DNA of 61,324 bases, filler included, from Bipalium vagum (GCA_037834085.1; 3 parts of 3 records of this genome joined end to end with filler, not necessarily neighbours in it); one strand, 5' to 3'. Numbered from the whole stretch's first letter, positions 38,854 to 53,619 are shown. Notes: generated by a model from the letters alone, not told the origin. Numbers and translations are program-made.

Positions 38854-41241
38854 CATCATCATCATCATCATAATAATAATAATAATCATAATCACAATCA
38901 TAATCATAATAATAATCCAAAATATTTTAAGCCTTGGACTGACCTTTTTTCACTCCTTTTTTTACCCTTAAGACTATTTCACATTATTTTTATTTTATTT
39001 TACTGTTTTCAAAATCAATTGATCTTAGAATGCTAACATTTTTCTTTCGTGAATACTAAGTACTTTGGAAAAACGAAGACTCTGCGATGTAGGTTATCTT
39101 AAATTTGAACTTTATAAAAGTAGCCAATCTTTATACAGCTTGAAAGTAAGAAAGGAGGCTTAATTTTGATTTTATTTTAGGTTTTCCAAGATAAAAGTTT
39201 GTAAGTTAAAGCTCTTATTTCCAATAAATTATATTATTATTATTAACCAAAAGTCTTTAAGGTATCTTTCAGTACATCTGATGAATGTATTGTTTTTCAG
39301 TGTCAAATTATAAAATATTAATAAAGATTAGGGAAAATATTGGCAATCTAAGTCCTGTGAAAAATAAACTGCCTTAATAATTCTTAGTCTAACAACAGTT
39401 TTATGCTTCCATTATGGAAATAATAAGTTGACTTTGATTTTTGTTTTCTTGACTGAATCCCAAAATAGGAGCCAGATAAAGAATATTACACTTTCTAAAA
39501 AATATTAAACGTTCTCCCAAGTTGATGGTTTTCCGAATAGAATTTGTGCGCACCATTTCGCAATTTATCTATTTTTGGAGGTATTTTTTCATTTGTATAA
39601 CTAACATAGAAATTATTGGCATTTGGATTAAAAAATCAAAAAACTATACTTATAATGTGTTAGAATGTATATAAATATTAATTGTGTCGTTTGGACGGAG
39701 AACATTTGAAAATTTTGGGAACTTTTACTGCTTACCCGTTATAGTAAGTTGTAACATAATAATTCGTAAATATTCAAAATTTAATATTTATAAGCAATAA
39801 AACATATTTTATTTACAAATTTACCGAAAAATCAATAGATAATATAATTCCGTTATTATTTTGGATCATCTTAACACCAACTTGTCGAAAAAATTATTCC
39901 AAAAATCGTTAGATCTACTCAGTAAGAAATTGGTCAACCACGTTGTAAAGTTCACCTTCTTCACAAAAGTAATGCCTTTAATTAGTATAGAAATGAAAGA
40001 TAGAAATCTGCTGCGCAAGGTCTTGGGAATAGGAATGGTGTTGAAGAACCTACCAATCGAGCTCTTGGAAGGCTGTTTCGACAATATTTCCTGTGAGCGG
40101 TTTCGGCTAATCATGGAGAAGAATGATTTTGAATCGCTTAACCTATTTTTTCTTTTTCATAATGTCGCTTACGCAACGCAATTAATTGATGTATAGGTTT
40201 TCTCAAAGGCCAGGTTTTTCTGGATCACCAATCCAGTTTCACCAAACAGACATCATCATTTTCTTGTTTAATTCTGAGCATTGCTGTGCAAACAGGTGCA
40301 AGCCACTCTTTCCTGTACTTTAAGTTGGTATAAAAACAAAATCTCTCATCTCACGTGATGTTTCAACGAAGAAATCGTACCTTATGAAAGTGTGTCACTC
40401 AATATCTGGCAAGAATTTAAGCTGCAATTATTTAACGACTTTCATAGATTTTTTTTGTTCAGTTGACATAGCACACAAGCAACTAGTTTTGACTATACCC
40501 ATTTGAATTTTAGGTGGTGGAATTGTTATTGGAATGCTCTTTATTCTGTGAGACAAATCCCTGTATATTTGACGGTCGACCTCTTTCATTAGAGCGATCA
40601 ATTGGTCATCAGCCGACTGATATGTTGAGCGAACTGAAGGTTAAATATACAATCAAATAGATTCGAATTTCTTGTATCAATATTTTTTCCGTATATGTTT
40701 ACCGTATATATTAAATTTTGCTTTGACCACTTCAGTCAAATTTCAATAAAATGAAATAACATTTCAAATTTTGTAGAGCAGAAAAAGATATTTCAAATAA
40801 ATGCATTTGATATTAAATAATTCCGTAAAACAAAAGTATAAAATAATTAAATATTATGTAATATGTAATATAATAGTGAGTATATAAATTTTAAGTCATA
40901 ATAATCCTTTTTATTATTAAATGAATTAAAAAAATTTTTTAATGAATTCAGAAGTGTGATTAATAGCAAACAGGTACATAAAGAAAATAAAATTAATACA
41001 AATAACATTTAAATTTTAGTTAAATGAATTAATTCCAGACTTCTTTTCGGCATCTGAAAGCTTCATTCATTTCTTGAATTTCTTTCCGTTTTTCGACAAG
41101 TTTTGTAGCCGCCATGAGGAAATCATTTTCTTTTTCAGGTATTCTTCTAAGAAGAAAATCAAGAACTTTAAATATTAACAAAATTAAATACAATGATAAA
41201 TTTTTAACAAAATTTAAGCCAGTGTGTTTGGAAATATCCAT
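38325..41241 (-). CDS. CCDC42: CCDC42/CFAP73-family (DUF4200) ciliary coiled-coil protein, first four exons, 3'-partial
   Basis: Exons 41192-41241, 41041-41146, 38545-38735 and 38325-38496 are phase-consistent and give MDISKHTGLNFVKNLSLRIPEKENDFLMAATKLVEKRKEIQEMNEAFRCRKEEFQMKMTSFQKRKQDLGEKELQLSQCLLKFNKFLAENESKKNR...DEFTESREIIDRFSTLTSTYE. Later exons were not found; CCDC42 vs CFAP73 cannot be resolved. Confidence 0.8.
38755..38916. repeat. Compound (TAA/CAT)n microsatellite
   Basis: AATAAT...CATCAT...AATCAT runs. Confidence 0.85.
39790..40740 (-). mobile_element. Decayed mariner in CCDC42 intron 2
   Basis: Minus-strand HHSYSQDLAQQIS (degenerate HPPYSPDLAPxD) and DFWNNFFDKLVLR (mariner C-terminus). 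Confidence 0.65.
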
Positions 41242-43479
41242 GGGAAATTCTATTTATCATCCCACAGCTGGTTAAAACAAACAATATTTGATTTGTCATT
41301 TTCGATTTGGTTTTTATCTTTATTATTTAAGTTTAATTTTATTAGTAAAGATTTTAATTTTTAGAAAATTTTTAACTGATTTCGAAAAATAAAAATTAAC
41401 GAGATTTCTGTTCATATTTGTAATGATTATTACGTACTATAAATAATAGCTTTACATTTATATCAGTCAAAAAATTTATAAATAATAATAATAATTTTAT
41501 TATTTATTATCATTACTGATTATCAACATAATAATACATTTGCTGTATTAATTACACCAGACTTATCACTAAATACATTATTAAATATCAATTTCCTAAT
41601 CTCATTTAAGAATAACTACTGGTATAAAAGTTCCGTCAGCTTGATTACTAATTTAGATTTAATTTTTTTTTAATAATATATTTTTTTCCATTCTCACTTG
41701 TAATACCTGATGCCTTTCAAGAATCAAGATCTTTAAATTCAAATGATATTTTGTTATATCCATAGTAAATTTGTAAGTTAAATAATTACACTCTTATTTA
41801 GCCTAACTTTTTAAAGATTTTAATTACCAGCAATTAAAAAATGTAACTATATAGATCTGTTTATTGAAATTTCTGTTGCACTACAACCATATATTTATAA
41901 TATAGAATTCATGTATTATATAAATATTATAAATTCTTTTTTTATTATAAATTTTAATAAAAATTTTAGATGTATTTACATAAATATTTATAATAAATAA
42001 TTTCAAAACTTTAGAAACAAAAGTCGTAAAATAAAAAATATCTTGAAAATTATTGAGAAAAATAGTATTAAAAATTAAAGATAAATATATTACTGTTTAC
42101 GATGAATTGTTTTGATGGACTGAGGGAACCAAAAGGTACAAATACCTAGCCCTCATGAGGGACAAAAACATTTTTCTCTAAAATCCACCATCAAAATCAA
42201 ATCAGTGACATCACTTAATTTTTCAGCTGACAGTACTTTAAAGAAGACCGATAATTTATTCAACTCAGGATCAACCATTTATCATAATAGTTGCTAATTA
42301 ACCATATTCTTACTATATTACCATTATAAAGTTATCTTTAGTAGTATCGTACGACCAAATGGGAAGAATCTCTCGTAATTTTACGGCTTAAACATTATTT
42401 TCCCTATGTCTGGCTTATTTTAATCATTAAAAAAGTAGATGATAATGATTCACTGGCAAACAAGGAGATGCTGATCGATATCAAACAACAATGTGCTTAA
42501 ACAAAAAAAAATCATGACAAGCAGTAGTAGTAATGCAAGTCTTCAAAGGAATTCTATGGTTACTGGAACCGAAAGAACCGTAACAAAGCCTTGCTCCGAC
42601 AGTCACTAAGGCATTAAAAGTTATTGTTAAAGATTAACGTATCATTAAACATTGAATTAACTCACTTAAACAACGTCTAAAAAACGAAAGTATAAAAATT
42701 TAATGTTACTAGTAAACATTAAATTTTCCAATACAAATGGCCTTAATTAAAATTAGAGTCTTAAAAATCTTATCAATAAATTATCGTGATAAAGAATTAA
42801 TATGTTTTGGAACATATTTTGTAAAGATTATTATTACTGTTTAACTATAAATAAATGTCGTTGAATAAACTTCAGAAAAGTGAAAAATTATTTTAAAATA
42901 ATTTTGTCACAGAATTAATATGAAACTGAAAATGTGTTAATTTGTTTTTATCAAAATATTGCATAGGCACGCCTCAAACCATGATAAGCATAAGTTGTAC
43001 TGGGAGAAAATAAAAAACCTTATAAGTTAGAAGGGCTTTAGTCATCGTATACATTATCAATGAATAGATTAACATATACTTTTTTTTAATGTTTTTGATA
43101 TTCAGAATGACATTTTTAATATGATACAATAAAGAGTGATCACGAGTCATTATGATGCTCTGAAGAAAATTCCCAAGGATATTACCACTTATTTGCAGAT
43201 AAGAAAATCCTCTAGGACGATACAATTATCAGTATCTCAAAATTCCTCACTATTCACTACCATAATTAGTATGTAAACTGCGAAAAACAAAAATCAGCGA
43301 CAGAAGTGAAGAAATAAACAAAAAATATTATTTAGTTTTAGGGTCAATTTCTAACCTTAATTTTTAAGAATTTATTTAACTTCGAGTAATGTTAACAATT
43401 GTAAAATATTATAATTGCCAATTTGTTTTTAAAATGGTTATAAATAGATAAATAATAAAAAAATTGTATAATGTGTAAG

Positions 43480-44310
43480 ATTAAACCGGGAATATACCCA
43501 TACCAATGATACATTCAAGATCATTATTTCTCATCACTTTCAATCTGTGATAAATATCGTTTTCCATGACATGCAGAATACTAATTTATGTAACTAACAA
43601 TGGAAAGGTTTTGCCCTCTACCCTAACTACTGAAACAGGAGTACTGTTAACGTCATGTTTTGCAGTATTTAAAATCCATATATATCAGTGATGTCTGTGT
43701 ACCAGTGTCAATAAGTGCCATAACCATATGACAAATAACTTTTACATCTATCTCTGGTACCTTGTACACAATTTATCTTAGCAGAATGATGAGCGTTTTT
43801 CGCAAAGTTGTGATTGGAACTGGACTCGGATACTATATCTACATCGGTAAATAATTTTAGTATTGGTAATATATTATACTCAAAATCGTATTCAGATTAC
43901 AATAAGAAATCAATCATTTTAACCACCTGATTTTTCTGAGCTATTTTCATATGAATTTATATAATAAATATTAGTATCTGAATACTGTAATACTATTAGA
44001 GTAATGGTTGTCTCTGTTCTAAATCAGATAGCAAAATAGAGCGGTATTTCATAACGCAATTGTTCTACCTCTATTACGTTATCCATATTTTCACTTGGAA
44101 GACTAATAGTCAATAATATTTAAACACCTAAAGTTTGTGTCTATTTTTGAGATGTAATGAAGTTTTCATGTTATGGTCATAACTTTGGAACATATGAGGA
44201 AGATGTTTTTGTCAAATTTCTGTCATTAAATATTTCCTGACGAGTATATATTGTTCACTATTTAGTGTATCAAAATTAAACCTGACTCCAACTCATAGGT
44301 GGTGCAAAAA
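43480..44310 (-). mobile_element. Ty3/gypsy-like LTR retrotransposon remnant (aspartic protease, upstream gag-like sequence)
   Basis: VPEIDVKVICHMVMALIDTGTQTSLI (retropepsin DTG motif) and downstream ECIIGMGI (IIGxD-like motif). Confidence 0.65.
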
Positions 44311-44442
44311 TAATAACAGTCAATAAAGCAATAACTTGTATTTATAACACAAACTTCACACGAAATCACAGTGATAACAATAACACAAAAATCGTCAAAC
44401 TCAAGAGAAAGGAATCATAATAAGGTATGAAATGTCTGTAAT

Positions 44443-44891
44443 TGTCGGGTAGTCGATTAAACATAAAAGTTAATAATAACGAGTCACGAAACACCAATAG
44501 ATAATTAAAGTTAATCAACAATCAAATTAACATAAAATAATGTAATCAAATTAATATTTAATAATAAAATTAAGATGACAATAAAACATGGAACAAACTT
44601 ATGAGTCATCTTCGTTTAAGCTTCCCGGACTATTAGCTGAGCCTTTACAGTTGCTCAGAAATGGCCCTTTTGTGGGAAACTCAAACACAATCCCAGGACT
44701 GAATGCATTAAAAATATACTTTAGAATTAGTCTTCTGAATATTAACGAATCTCTTTTAGTTTGAATCTCCTCGAATATCAACGAATGTCTTGAATCTATC
44801 TTCTAAAGAGTTTCTTTCAAATGTTACTCTCGTGATTGTGGGTGAATTTATGGTAAAATCCTTCTCCTTATATAGTATTTTGGTCGACGAC
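44443..44891. mobile_element. Possible solo LTR
   Basis: Begins TGTCG and ends CGAC; flanked by TAAT on both sides; non-coding ~450 bp next to the gypsy remnant. Confidence 0.3.
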
Positions 44892-44897
44892 TAATTA

Positions 44898-44957
<60 letters not shown>
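44898..44957. repeat. (TTA)n microsatellite
   Basis: Perfect TTA run of ~60 bp. Confidence 0.95.
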
Positions 44958-46046
44958 GTCATTTTCTGCACAATTTACAAAAATTATTATTATTCTTATT
45001 ATTTTGAGCACAATTTTATAATTATCATTTGGGACGGGTGGATGTTTTGGGTAAACCCAACAATATTTTTGGCATCTATAGTATGGTCTACAATAGATTT
45101 TCTTCCCTTGCTCCATTTGTCAAGTTTACATTCGAAATTGTTTTCCTGATTCAATATCCGCCAAAACGAATTTGTAATGTCACTTTTTTCAAAAGAAATT
45201 GAAAAATTGACTATAAGGAAAACATTATAGAGGGTAGTATGGCAATGTTGAGCAAATGATGTAAATAAACTAACACTTTATGATCTATTTCATCAAAAAT
45301 TCATATTTATTCATGTCAAGTAAAAAGTAATGACATTTTTGATATTTCTAATAGAAGATTGCTAAAGATGCTGGCTTGAGACTTTGATTCAATACTTGTA
45401 AATATCATGGGTGTGATTGCCATTACCAGTTTATCAGTTGGTACTGGTTTATTCTGATCGATAAGTTCAGTGACTTGACAATCCACGGTAAAAGAATTTC
45501 GATGCCATTTTAGCCAAGTGATTCTGTGACCAATGTTGATGTTATCTGTATTGTAAAAATATACATTGATAATTAGATATGAATTACAACAGCTGAACAA
45601 ATTTATGAACATTTTATTATCGCCATAATTTAAAATAAATTATAATTTGACAAAAAATTAGTTACCTACTGTTGTGAAAAATTCGTATTTTTATATAAAG
45701 TGATGTTGGAGTTGCACTACGACACTTTCAATAATGATATTGGTATAATATAAAATTTATTTTTGTATTTTAATAAAATTTTTAGATGTAGGTTTTTAAA
45801 TATTTATGACAAATAATTTTAAAACTTTTCAAGACAAAATTAATAAACTGGAAAATGTATGGAATTGAATTTTGCAATATTATTATCAAAAATTAAAACA
45901 TTTAGAACTTATTTTAAAAAAATCGACTGTAAATTTAAATTTAAAATTTTATCAAATATTTTCTTTTACTAAGGTAAATTGTTTTTACTTTATTATTTCA
46001 AACCATATAATATATAAATTTTAGGAGCACATTTGCTTTGATATTA

Positions 46047-49000
46047 ATGAAATTTTCTATTATTCCATTTATTTCATTTTTCATATTAATTTGTCAAAAT
46101 TTTATCAAATGCAATGATATTATTGGCTGTGGGGGATTTATAAAGGCAGATATTAAGGGTTTTGATTTTAAAAAGTTGTCCGTTCATTTAACTTTTCTTG
46201 ACGGTACGGTAAATTATGAAACTGATATTTTACCTAACGGAGCATATTCTGTTCCAATTTATGATGCCGGGAATTATATAATCAAGATTGTTGGTCCTGT
46301 CGGTTGGGCTATAGAACCTGTTGATGGTTATCAACTTGTGATTAACAGTCAAGATACATGTACAGATGATTATAATTTTAAATTTGTTGGATTTAGTATA
46401 AATGGAAAAGTTACGACTGCAAATATAAATCGTGGTCCATCAGGGATTGTTATTTACTTGTTGAACAATTCTCAAGTTATTAGTCAAACAACAACAGTCG
46501 ATGGCGGAGATTTTATATTTTCAAAAATAATGCCCGGAAATTATTCCCTTAATTTTAAATCTGAAACAGATGATGGCAAGTCTTTGGAGCTGAACGATAC
46601 AAATTATAATTTTCAAATCACCAATGACAATGTGTATATAAAAGAATCTTTTATTATATTTGTAAGTAAGTCTTAAATATTTTACTGATCAATATATATT
46701 TTCCAAGGGGTATCCGGTCTTCGGAAATATTAAATTCTACGACGAACCAATTAAAGACGTTCACTTTTATCTTTTTTCTAAATCAATCAATATGACACAT
46801 TTTAATTTTTCCAAGTACAGTTGTCTCAATTTCAATCAGTCTTCGATATTTGTGGAAGGATATAATTCATTGTGCAAAGTTTTTGTTTAATGTTACACTA
46901 TAATTTTTACTTCTCAAATTCAGACCGTATCAAATATCAAAGGTGAATTTATATTTCCTCTCTTGCCAGGTGGTCGATATTTGTTGGTTCCGATGTACCA
47001 GTCCAATATTTCGTCTTATGATATATTTCCCAATCAACATGAATTTGAAATTACAAGCAGTCCTATTGACCTGAGGGGATTATTTCAAATAAAGGGGTTT
47101 TCTGTGATTGGGAGAGTCATAAATTTTGATGGCAGTCCCATTTCAAACGCTGAAGTAATGTTTTTGAAATATACAAAATATTTATTGACTCGACACGTGT
47201 AGATATATGTTGACAGTATGAAATTCTCCACAAAGTCAGATAGTTATGGAAACTTTATCCTGAAGGGAGTTAAAAAGGGAAATTATGACATTTCGGTATA
47301 ATTAATTGAATAAATTAAAATAGATTTCATTGCTCCTGACAGATTTTGTTTAATGGCTATGTGTTCAATAAATCAAACGTTATTTTCAATCCAAGGCATC
47401 CAGATATCGGATCGTTTGGTCCATATAAAATAAGTATCTGTGGGTCTATTGTTTTTGGTGATAGCAAAGTATGATTTGTTAATAATATTGATTGTGATAT
47501 TTCATTTTTGAGAAATGTGATTTTATTGATATTTATTTCATAATGATTATAATTTTGAAATATATATATTGTGCAATAAGATAGTGTATTTTTTTAAATC
47601 AATATTATTAAATGACTTAATATCAATGTCTGATTAGAAAAAAAATTACATTAATCTGTATATTTTCAATCATATATTATGGTCTTCCTCACAATCTATC
47701 CTTTCTTTACCGATTGACATGGTGTTCTGACCTCAGTACATGTCTTCGTAAAAAGGTTTTATCTCCACAACTTTTTTGCGAAGTTTGTGTTTGTAAAGAG
47801 TGTTCTATTAGTCGAGATAAAAGCAAATTTGAAAGAGGCCCGATTACATAACAGCGAGTAATTTAACTTTGAAACGGATGATTTTTGTCAAGTATTGATA
47901 GTCTTTTTCTCTAAAATTTTTAAACGATTGAGTTGCTCACTATTAGATTGAATAGTAACTGTCCTTTGTCCAAATTCACAATACCTTACGAGGTAAACGT
48001 ATTTTCCAGATTCAACATAGTCTTATCACAACTTTTGAATCATTGTTCTGGTACTGACGAACGTATTAGCATTTTCTATTTACAATTTATGTTTCTATCA
48101 TCGAATTTTTAGCAAGCAGAAATATGTGTCGAATTTTTTTTTCAAATTTAACTGGTTCATATTTTTGGGATTTACTCATTTTGTGTTTTATTTTAAAATA
48201 ATGATAATAAATCTTTAATTTAAACTTATTGCAAGTAGTCTAGGAAGAAGGAATTGATTGAGTTATCGATTAGAAGAAAAGTATTATTGATTAACGAAAG
48301 TAGTGGAGACGTTGTTGATTATGTATTTTCGGAAATCGAAAATCCTGAAAATTTAAACGATCTGGATAAACATGTTGGGAACGTGATTAGTCGCTTCTGT
48401 TTTTATACTGTGCCAGGTTCATATATCGTTAAGCCGGTTGTGGATCCGCCAGTTAACGGTCTCAGTTTGGCGCCTACTCTTATCAAAGTATCAAATTATT
48501 TTGTTTTCACATTATCTTGATTGATTTCGATAGGTTGTGTTGAAATCAATTCCCGTCGTTGTAAAATTTTCTCCTTTTCGTGGCACGATTTCAGGAATTG
48601 TTAAATGTATTGACAAATGCAATCCTGGTGAATTTGAAGTGACTTTGAAATCCAAGACCGACAATACAGATGTTGTGCAATTGACTCAGCACATTTCGAT
48701 TTCTAATGTAAAATTTTATTTTTGAAAATGTTTACGCATTAACTTTAGGAATTATTCAATCAAGGGAATTTTCACTTTAAGGATATCGTTCCTGGTAATT
48801 ACCAAATCGATCTGATATCTGCCAATTCTCATGTACCATTGGATCAAAATCGATGGTGCTGGTCGAAAACCACTCTATTGGTCGATATTTCTGATAAAAA
48901 CGTCAATGATTTATTGTTTGAACAAGTTGGGTTTTCTGTTCCCTTTCATTCCAGCCATGAAGTGAAAATAGATTACTTTCATTCAACTGATTCCGGTACA

Positions 49001-52000
49001 TTGGTGGATTCAAAATTTTTGGCACAGGGAGTGTCAAAGGTTTGTTTTCCAAAATCGGGAAAATATGAAATCAAAATAACCACGTGCCATAAAATGAAAA
49101 ATGATTCCCTGTTCATTGATTTGAATCAAATGTGCGTCAAACATTTCGATTTTCGCGATCCACAATGTCATATTGCGATTGACATAGCCCAATTCCAGGT
49201 GGCGGTGAATTTTGATCTCATAGAAAACGTTGATTTTGACAAAGTCAAAGACTTCAAAGAACATTTGAGAGAAATGATAAGAATCAATATCAACAATGAT
49301 TCCATTGCTAATGATATAATGTAGAAACTTTTAAATATATATATAAATTGTTTTTTAACGATGTCAATCGATAGATGGAATGAAAATAAGGGATCATTAA
49401 AATTTTGGGTGGTACCAGATAAATCAATTGAAGTTTCTGTAAATTCTTCTCAGTATTTGGTACAACCGAAAATTTTAAATTTCCAATTGCCCAAAACCAC
49501 GGTTCAATGTCTGACGAATATAGGCACATTCACTTTGGAAAGCGGCACGTTTCTTTATGGCACTGTGACACCAGCACTTAAAGAGGTTTTTCTATTGATT
49601 TTTTTTTATAATTTCATTTTTCAACCGTTTTTTAAATCAGATAACTGTTGAAATTCGCAAAAAAATTTCGTCTTTTGATGAAGATGACATTGAAACAGTT
49701 ATTGGTATATCGGAAACAGATGGGACCGAGCAATTTAGCTTTGGGCCTCTCAATTCGAGTTTTAAGTATGAAATCAAAGTGTTCAAGGCCGGCTACAAGA
49801 TTGTCCTGGATTCAGTTGCGGAAAATCATTTCCATTTCAAGGCTTACAAATTGGCCGAATTGGTTGTCGAAGTAGCCGATAATGCTACAGGGAAACTGTT
49901 GCCAGGTTTGGTTTCGAGCTGTTAATCTCGTATCATTATTCGTTTTTCCTCAGGTATTCTTTTATCCATTATCGGTGATGATGTCAGGAAGAACGAACTG
50001 ACAAACGAAGACGGAAAATTTGTTTTCGTTGGTTTGACACCAGGTGACCCTCTCACACCTCTTTATACCTTCTGAGAGATTTAATTGTTATTTGCTTTAG
50101 GTGCATATTATCTACGTGCAATGATGAAAGAGTTGGAGTTCACTCCATATGGTGCTGTGGAAGTAAAAATTGTTGAAGGCAGTATGGAAAAAATCTTGAT
50201 CAAAGCAACGAGGACGTCCTTCAGTCTTTACGGAAAAGTATTGATTGTCATTAAAATAATGTCGATTTTTATAAAAAATAAATCTCATCAGATTGTTTCT
50301 TTGAACGGCGAACCGGAACCTGGAGTGATAATTGAAGGTGATCCGATCAAAGATCAGACTGATGTTATTTGCAAAAAGAATCTGCTACGCAGCGAGCACG
50401 CCGTTTCTGATGATAATGGATCTTTTCGTATTCGAGGATTACAACCAGGTGAGCAGAATTAAACGACACTAAATATATGGGATATTTTTTTATCTTATTG
50501 ATTTTCTCCACTTTCCCCGACAGGATGTCGTTATTTGTTGTCTCTGAAAAGTACAAATGCGAATGATGAAAACGCTATAATCCGTTCATATCCCAACACC
50601 GTTAACATTAAAATGCAGAACATGGACATGCTCAATGTGAAAATTTATGCGTTGCGAGACATTAATTTGAGAGAAGTAGATTTTTTGTTGATCATCTTTT
50701 CGGAAAATCTATCGATCATTTCTAAAAACAGATTTCTGCAATGGTCAACACCAACTCAGACATTTACATGGCCAGTCTCAATCTGATGGTTTTCCCCAGT
50801 GATAATCCGGACAATGTCATTGCGGCGCACAAATTTGTTAGTGAAGGAATATATTTTCAAATGAGTCTTCCACAAATGCATAAAAAGTAAGCCTTTGTCT
50901 AACTTAAATTGGTTACATTACATATTTCGATCGGTTAGAGTAATTGCATTTCTGCTTTTTAGTGATTTCGTCACAATGAAGTGTATTGATTCTCATGTTT
51001 ATTTTGTAGAAAAAAAGGTGAATTTTTTCGATTTATCCAACAACTTTTACAGTGATTATTTAATAGTCATTTAATTGAATTAAAGTTTACGAATATTTTT
51101 TTCTGTAAACTTTTCATTTAAGTACTTTATCGATATTCAAGAAATTTGAATTTAAAGTAATTCAATTTAAGAAAAATTGGCATAGAAACTCCAAATATTT
51201 ATTGGAAGTGAGTCCCATATTTCGGTACGTGCTTTAAAGAAAGTAGACTGTAATATCAAAATCAAGTATAGTAAGAATTGTCCTGGAGTTTAGTAAAAAA
51301 TAATCTGGAGATATTTTTCTATAAAAGAAATAGTATTTTCGACTCAGTAGCATTTGATGATGTCTAGGATTTTACCCTTCAAAAATTGCAGTAAACAAGC
51401 ATTCAAACCGAGACTGGATATGGAAAGGAATGAACAATGATAAAATGTCAAAATGAATCTAAACCAATAATTTTTGTATTTTTCAATTCAGTGGGTTTAT
51501 TAATTTGCTCATTAGGACATTTAAATTCATCATTCACGTGGTTAGCTTTTCATCAATTTCCAGATTTTTGGGTCTTGTGTAATGATCAAGTGTTTTCTCT
51601 TGACTTTCAAGGAAAACTGATCATAATGACCGAAATCTGAAATTACTGAATAAAGAAAAATCTAAAAATCATTTTCTTCAAAAAAAGAAAAGGAATAATC
51701 ATCCACAAATGTAAATTTTTGAGCAGAAAATAACAAGGATTTGTAATTTCATTAAATATCAGCTTTCGTTATACATAAAGAACCCTGAAGAGCCTTAAGG
51801 AAGTCGACTATTTTGATTTTACCATATTCATTGGATTTAGGTCCTTCTGTTTTTTAAAAGGCAAAATTGACGGAAAACTTTCAACTGTGAAGAAGATATG
51901 TAGTTTGGTGGGTCATTATTTTGAAGAGGTTGTGAATGTTCTCTGAGCTGTGTGCTTCAATATTGAGTGTTTTAAACATTTTGAAATCAATGAGGACTAA

Positions 52001-52733
52001 ATAGTTTTGATGTAGCAAATGTGTAAGAATATTTCACCGAGCCTTCAATATAAATAACTGTTTAACGAGCAACTTAAATTATATTTTATTTTCTTCATAA
52101 ATACAAATATATTTTTAATTATAATAAAATTATCGCTTTTTCACGGTTAATTTTAGAATGGAATATGTTGTACGTCTTCAATCGAGTCTGAGTCCGTTGC
52201 TGTATAATAATATTTCAGCTCAAGAACAAATATTGAAAATTGATCCTGGAGAAAAAAAATCTTTCTATAAACATTTCGAGTTTGACTTTTATCCTGTGAA
52301 GAAATCTATTGGTGATAATGTAATCATCTTTCACTGTTTTTCTATTAAGTCATTATTTTTTTAATTTTCAGGACATTGCCACAAGCTTATCGTCATCACT
52401 GATACTACCATTTCTCATAATACTTTTTTCCATTGTTTTCTTTAAAAAAGATTCTTTTGAACCTTTCTTGCACAAATCTTTAAAGATAATTAAGTCAAGG
52501 TTTGGAAATAGCATCCAATATTCTTCTAGCACAACATTATCCAGTAGTTCAAGCTCAAAGTGAGACTAAAAAAATATATTTTAATTATCAATCAATATTT
52601 CTTGTTTAGATCAAATACATTGGATGCTATTGAAATATCAGAACTCAATAATGCAATTGCTAAGCCTAAGTCTACTGCAATTTCTTATTCAGGAAAGAAA
52701 ATGCATTTTTCTTTGAGACCCAAGAAAGTTTAG
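46047..52733 (+). CDS. NOMO1: Nodal modulator (NOMO; BOS complex subunit), multi-exon, apparently complete
   Basis: Signal peptide MKFSIIPFISFFILICQNFIKC followed by DIIGCGGFIK, PNGAYSVPIYDAGNY, GPVGWAIEP, RWCW, GILLSIIG..RKNELT..DGKFVFVGLTPGAYYLRAMMKELEFTP, VSLNGEPEPGV, GSFRIRGLQPG; C-terminal TM; stop TAG at 52731-52733. Most introns are ~45-60 nt, with larger ones at ~47.47-48.26 kb and ~50.89-52.16 kb. Confidence 0.93.
51150..52030 (+). mobile_element. Decayed mariner relic in a NOMO intron
   Basis: Fragments resembling the mariner catalytic core and C-terminal FSTxEE..YFEE region; many stops. Confidence 0.4.
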
Positions 52734-53619
52734 AAATATTGATTAATTTTTATCTTGTGTTTTGTAAAATGGTTAAATAAATTTTATTCTTTGTTATTGA
52801 ACTGATCAAAACTATATTATTTGCACAAAAACAAGTTAACTTGGTATGATAAGTTATCAGTAGAGCATATACCAAATTCTGAAAATTTAAAAAAATATTT
52901 TATTTTGTGGTGACACGATTCATATTACTATTATTGGTAACTATGAAGAGGTTCAAGAATTGCAGATCGAGATTTTTTATTACTTTTCTATAATTAATTT
53001 GTAACTTTGCTGACCTGTCACTTAGTTATTAACCTGTTCGAGAATCACAATAATTTTTAATAATTGAATCTCACTAATCTTTATTTCAAAATATTTTTAC
53101 AAACAAGTTAAATGTTACTGGTCAAATTATTTTTCTATAAAAATCACAAACAAAAGTTCAAAATTGCTAAAAATAAATAATCAAATTAAAAATTTGAATC
53201 AACAGAAAATAATCAAAGCCACCAGTGAATTCTCGAGTTATGCGATAGGCCCTTTAACAGTAGCCTATGGATTCTCATGCTACACGGGATACATTGAAAA
53301 ATCTTTCTGCGTTCTAAAATTTATAATATAAACATTAGTTTGCACTCCCGTATGGAGTTGGGGAGAAGGACCACAAGAAGGTTTAGTGTGTCTAACTGGT
53401 GTTTCAATGGTTGTTTGAATTCTCTAGTCTGGGTAGAAAATTAATTGTTTGATTTTACTTATTGAGATATTGATCCATATTTTGATTGCTATTGATTTAT
53501 ATTCGATACGAGTGATAGTTGATCTATTTGATTTCAAATAAGAAGTGGTGGTTGTAGAGCATTTGACATCTCTGTAAACCATTGTGTATTGTTAATAAAG
53601 TTTTCTTGCATTAACACTA

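Noticed and set aside
42117-42152. Hammerhead-ribozyme-like motif GGACTGAGGGAACCAAAAGGTACAAATAC; CTGACGAG-like cores at ~2210 and ~15418
   Set aside because: The conserved CUGAnGA and GAAA boxes are not both intact with pairing stems; at most these are degenerate relics.
44895-45612. ORFs 44895-45116 (poly-Asn) and 45316-45612 as genes
   Set aside because: The poly-Asn comes from the (TTA)n microsatellite; no recognisable domain or consistent spliced model could be built.
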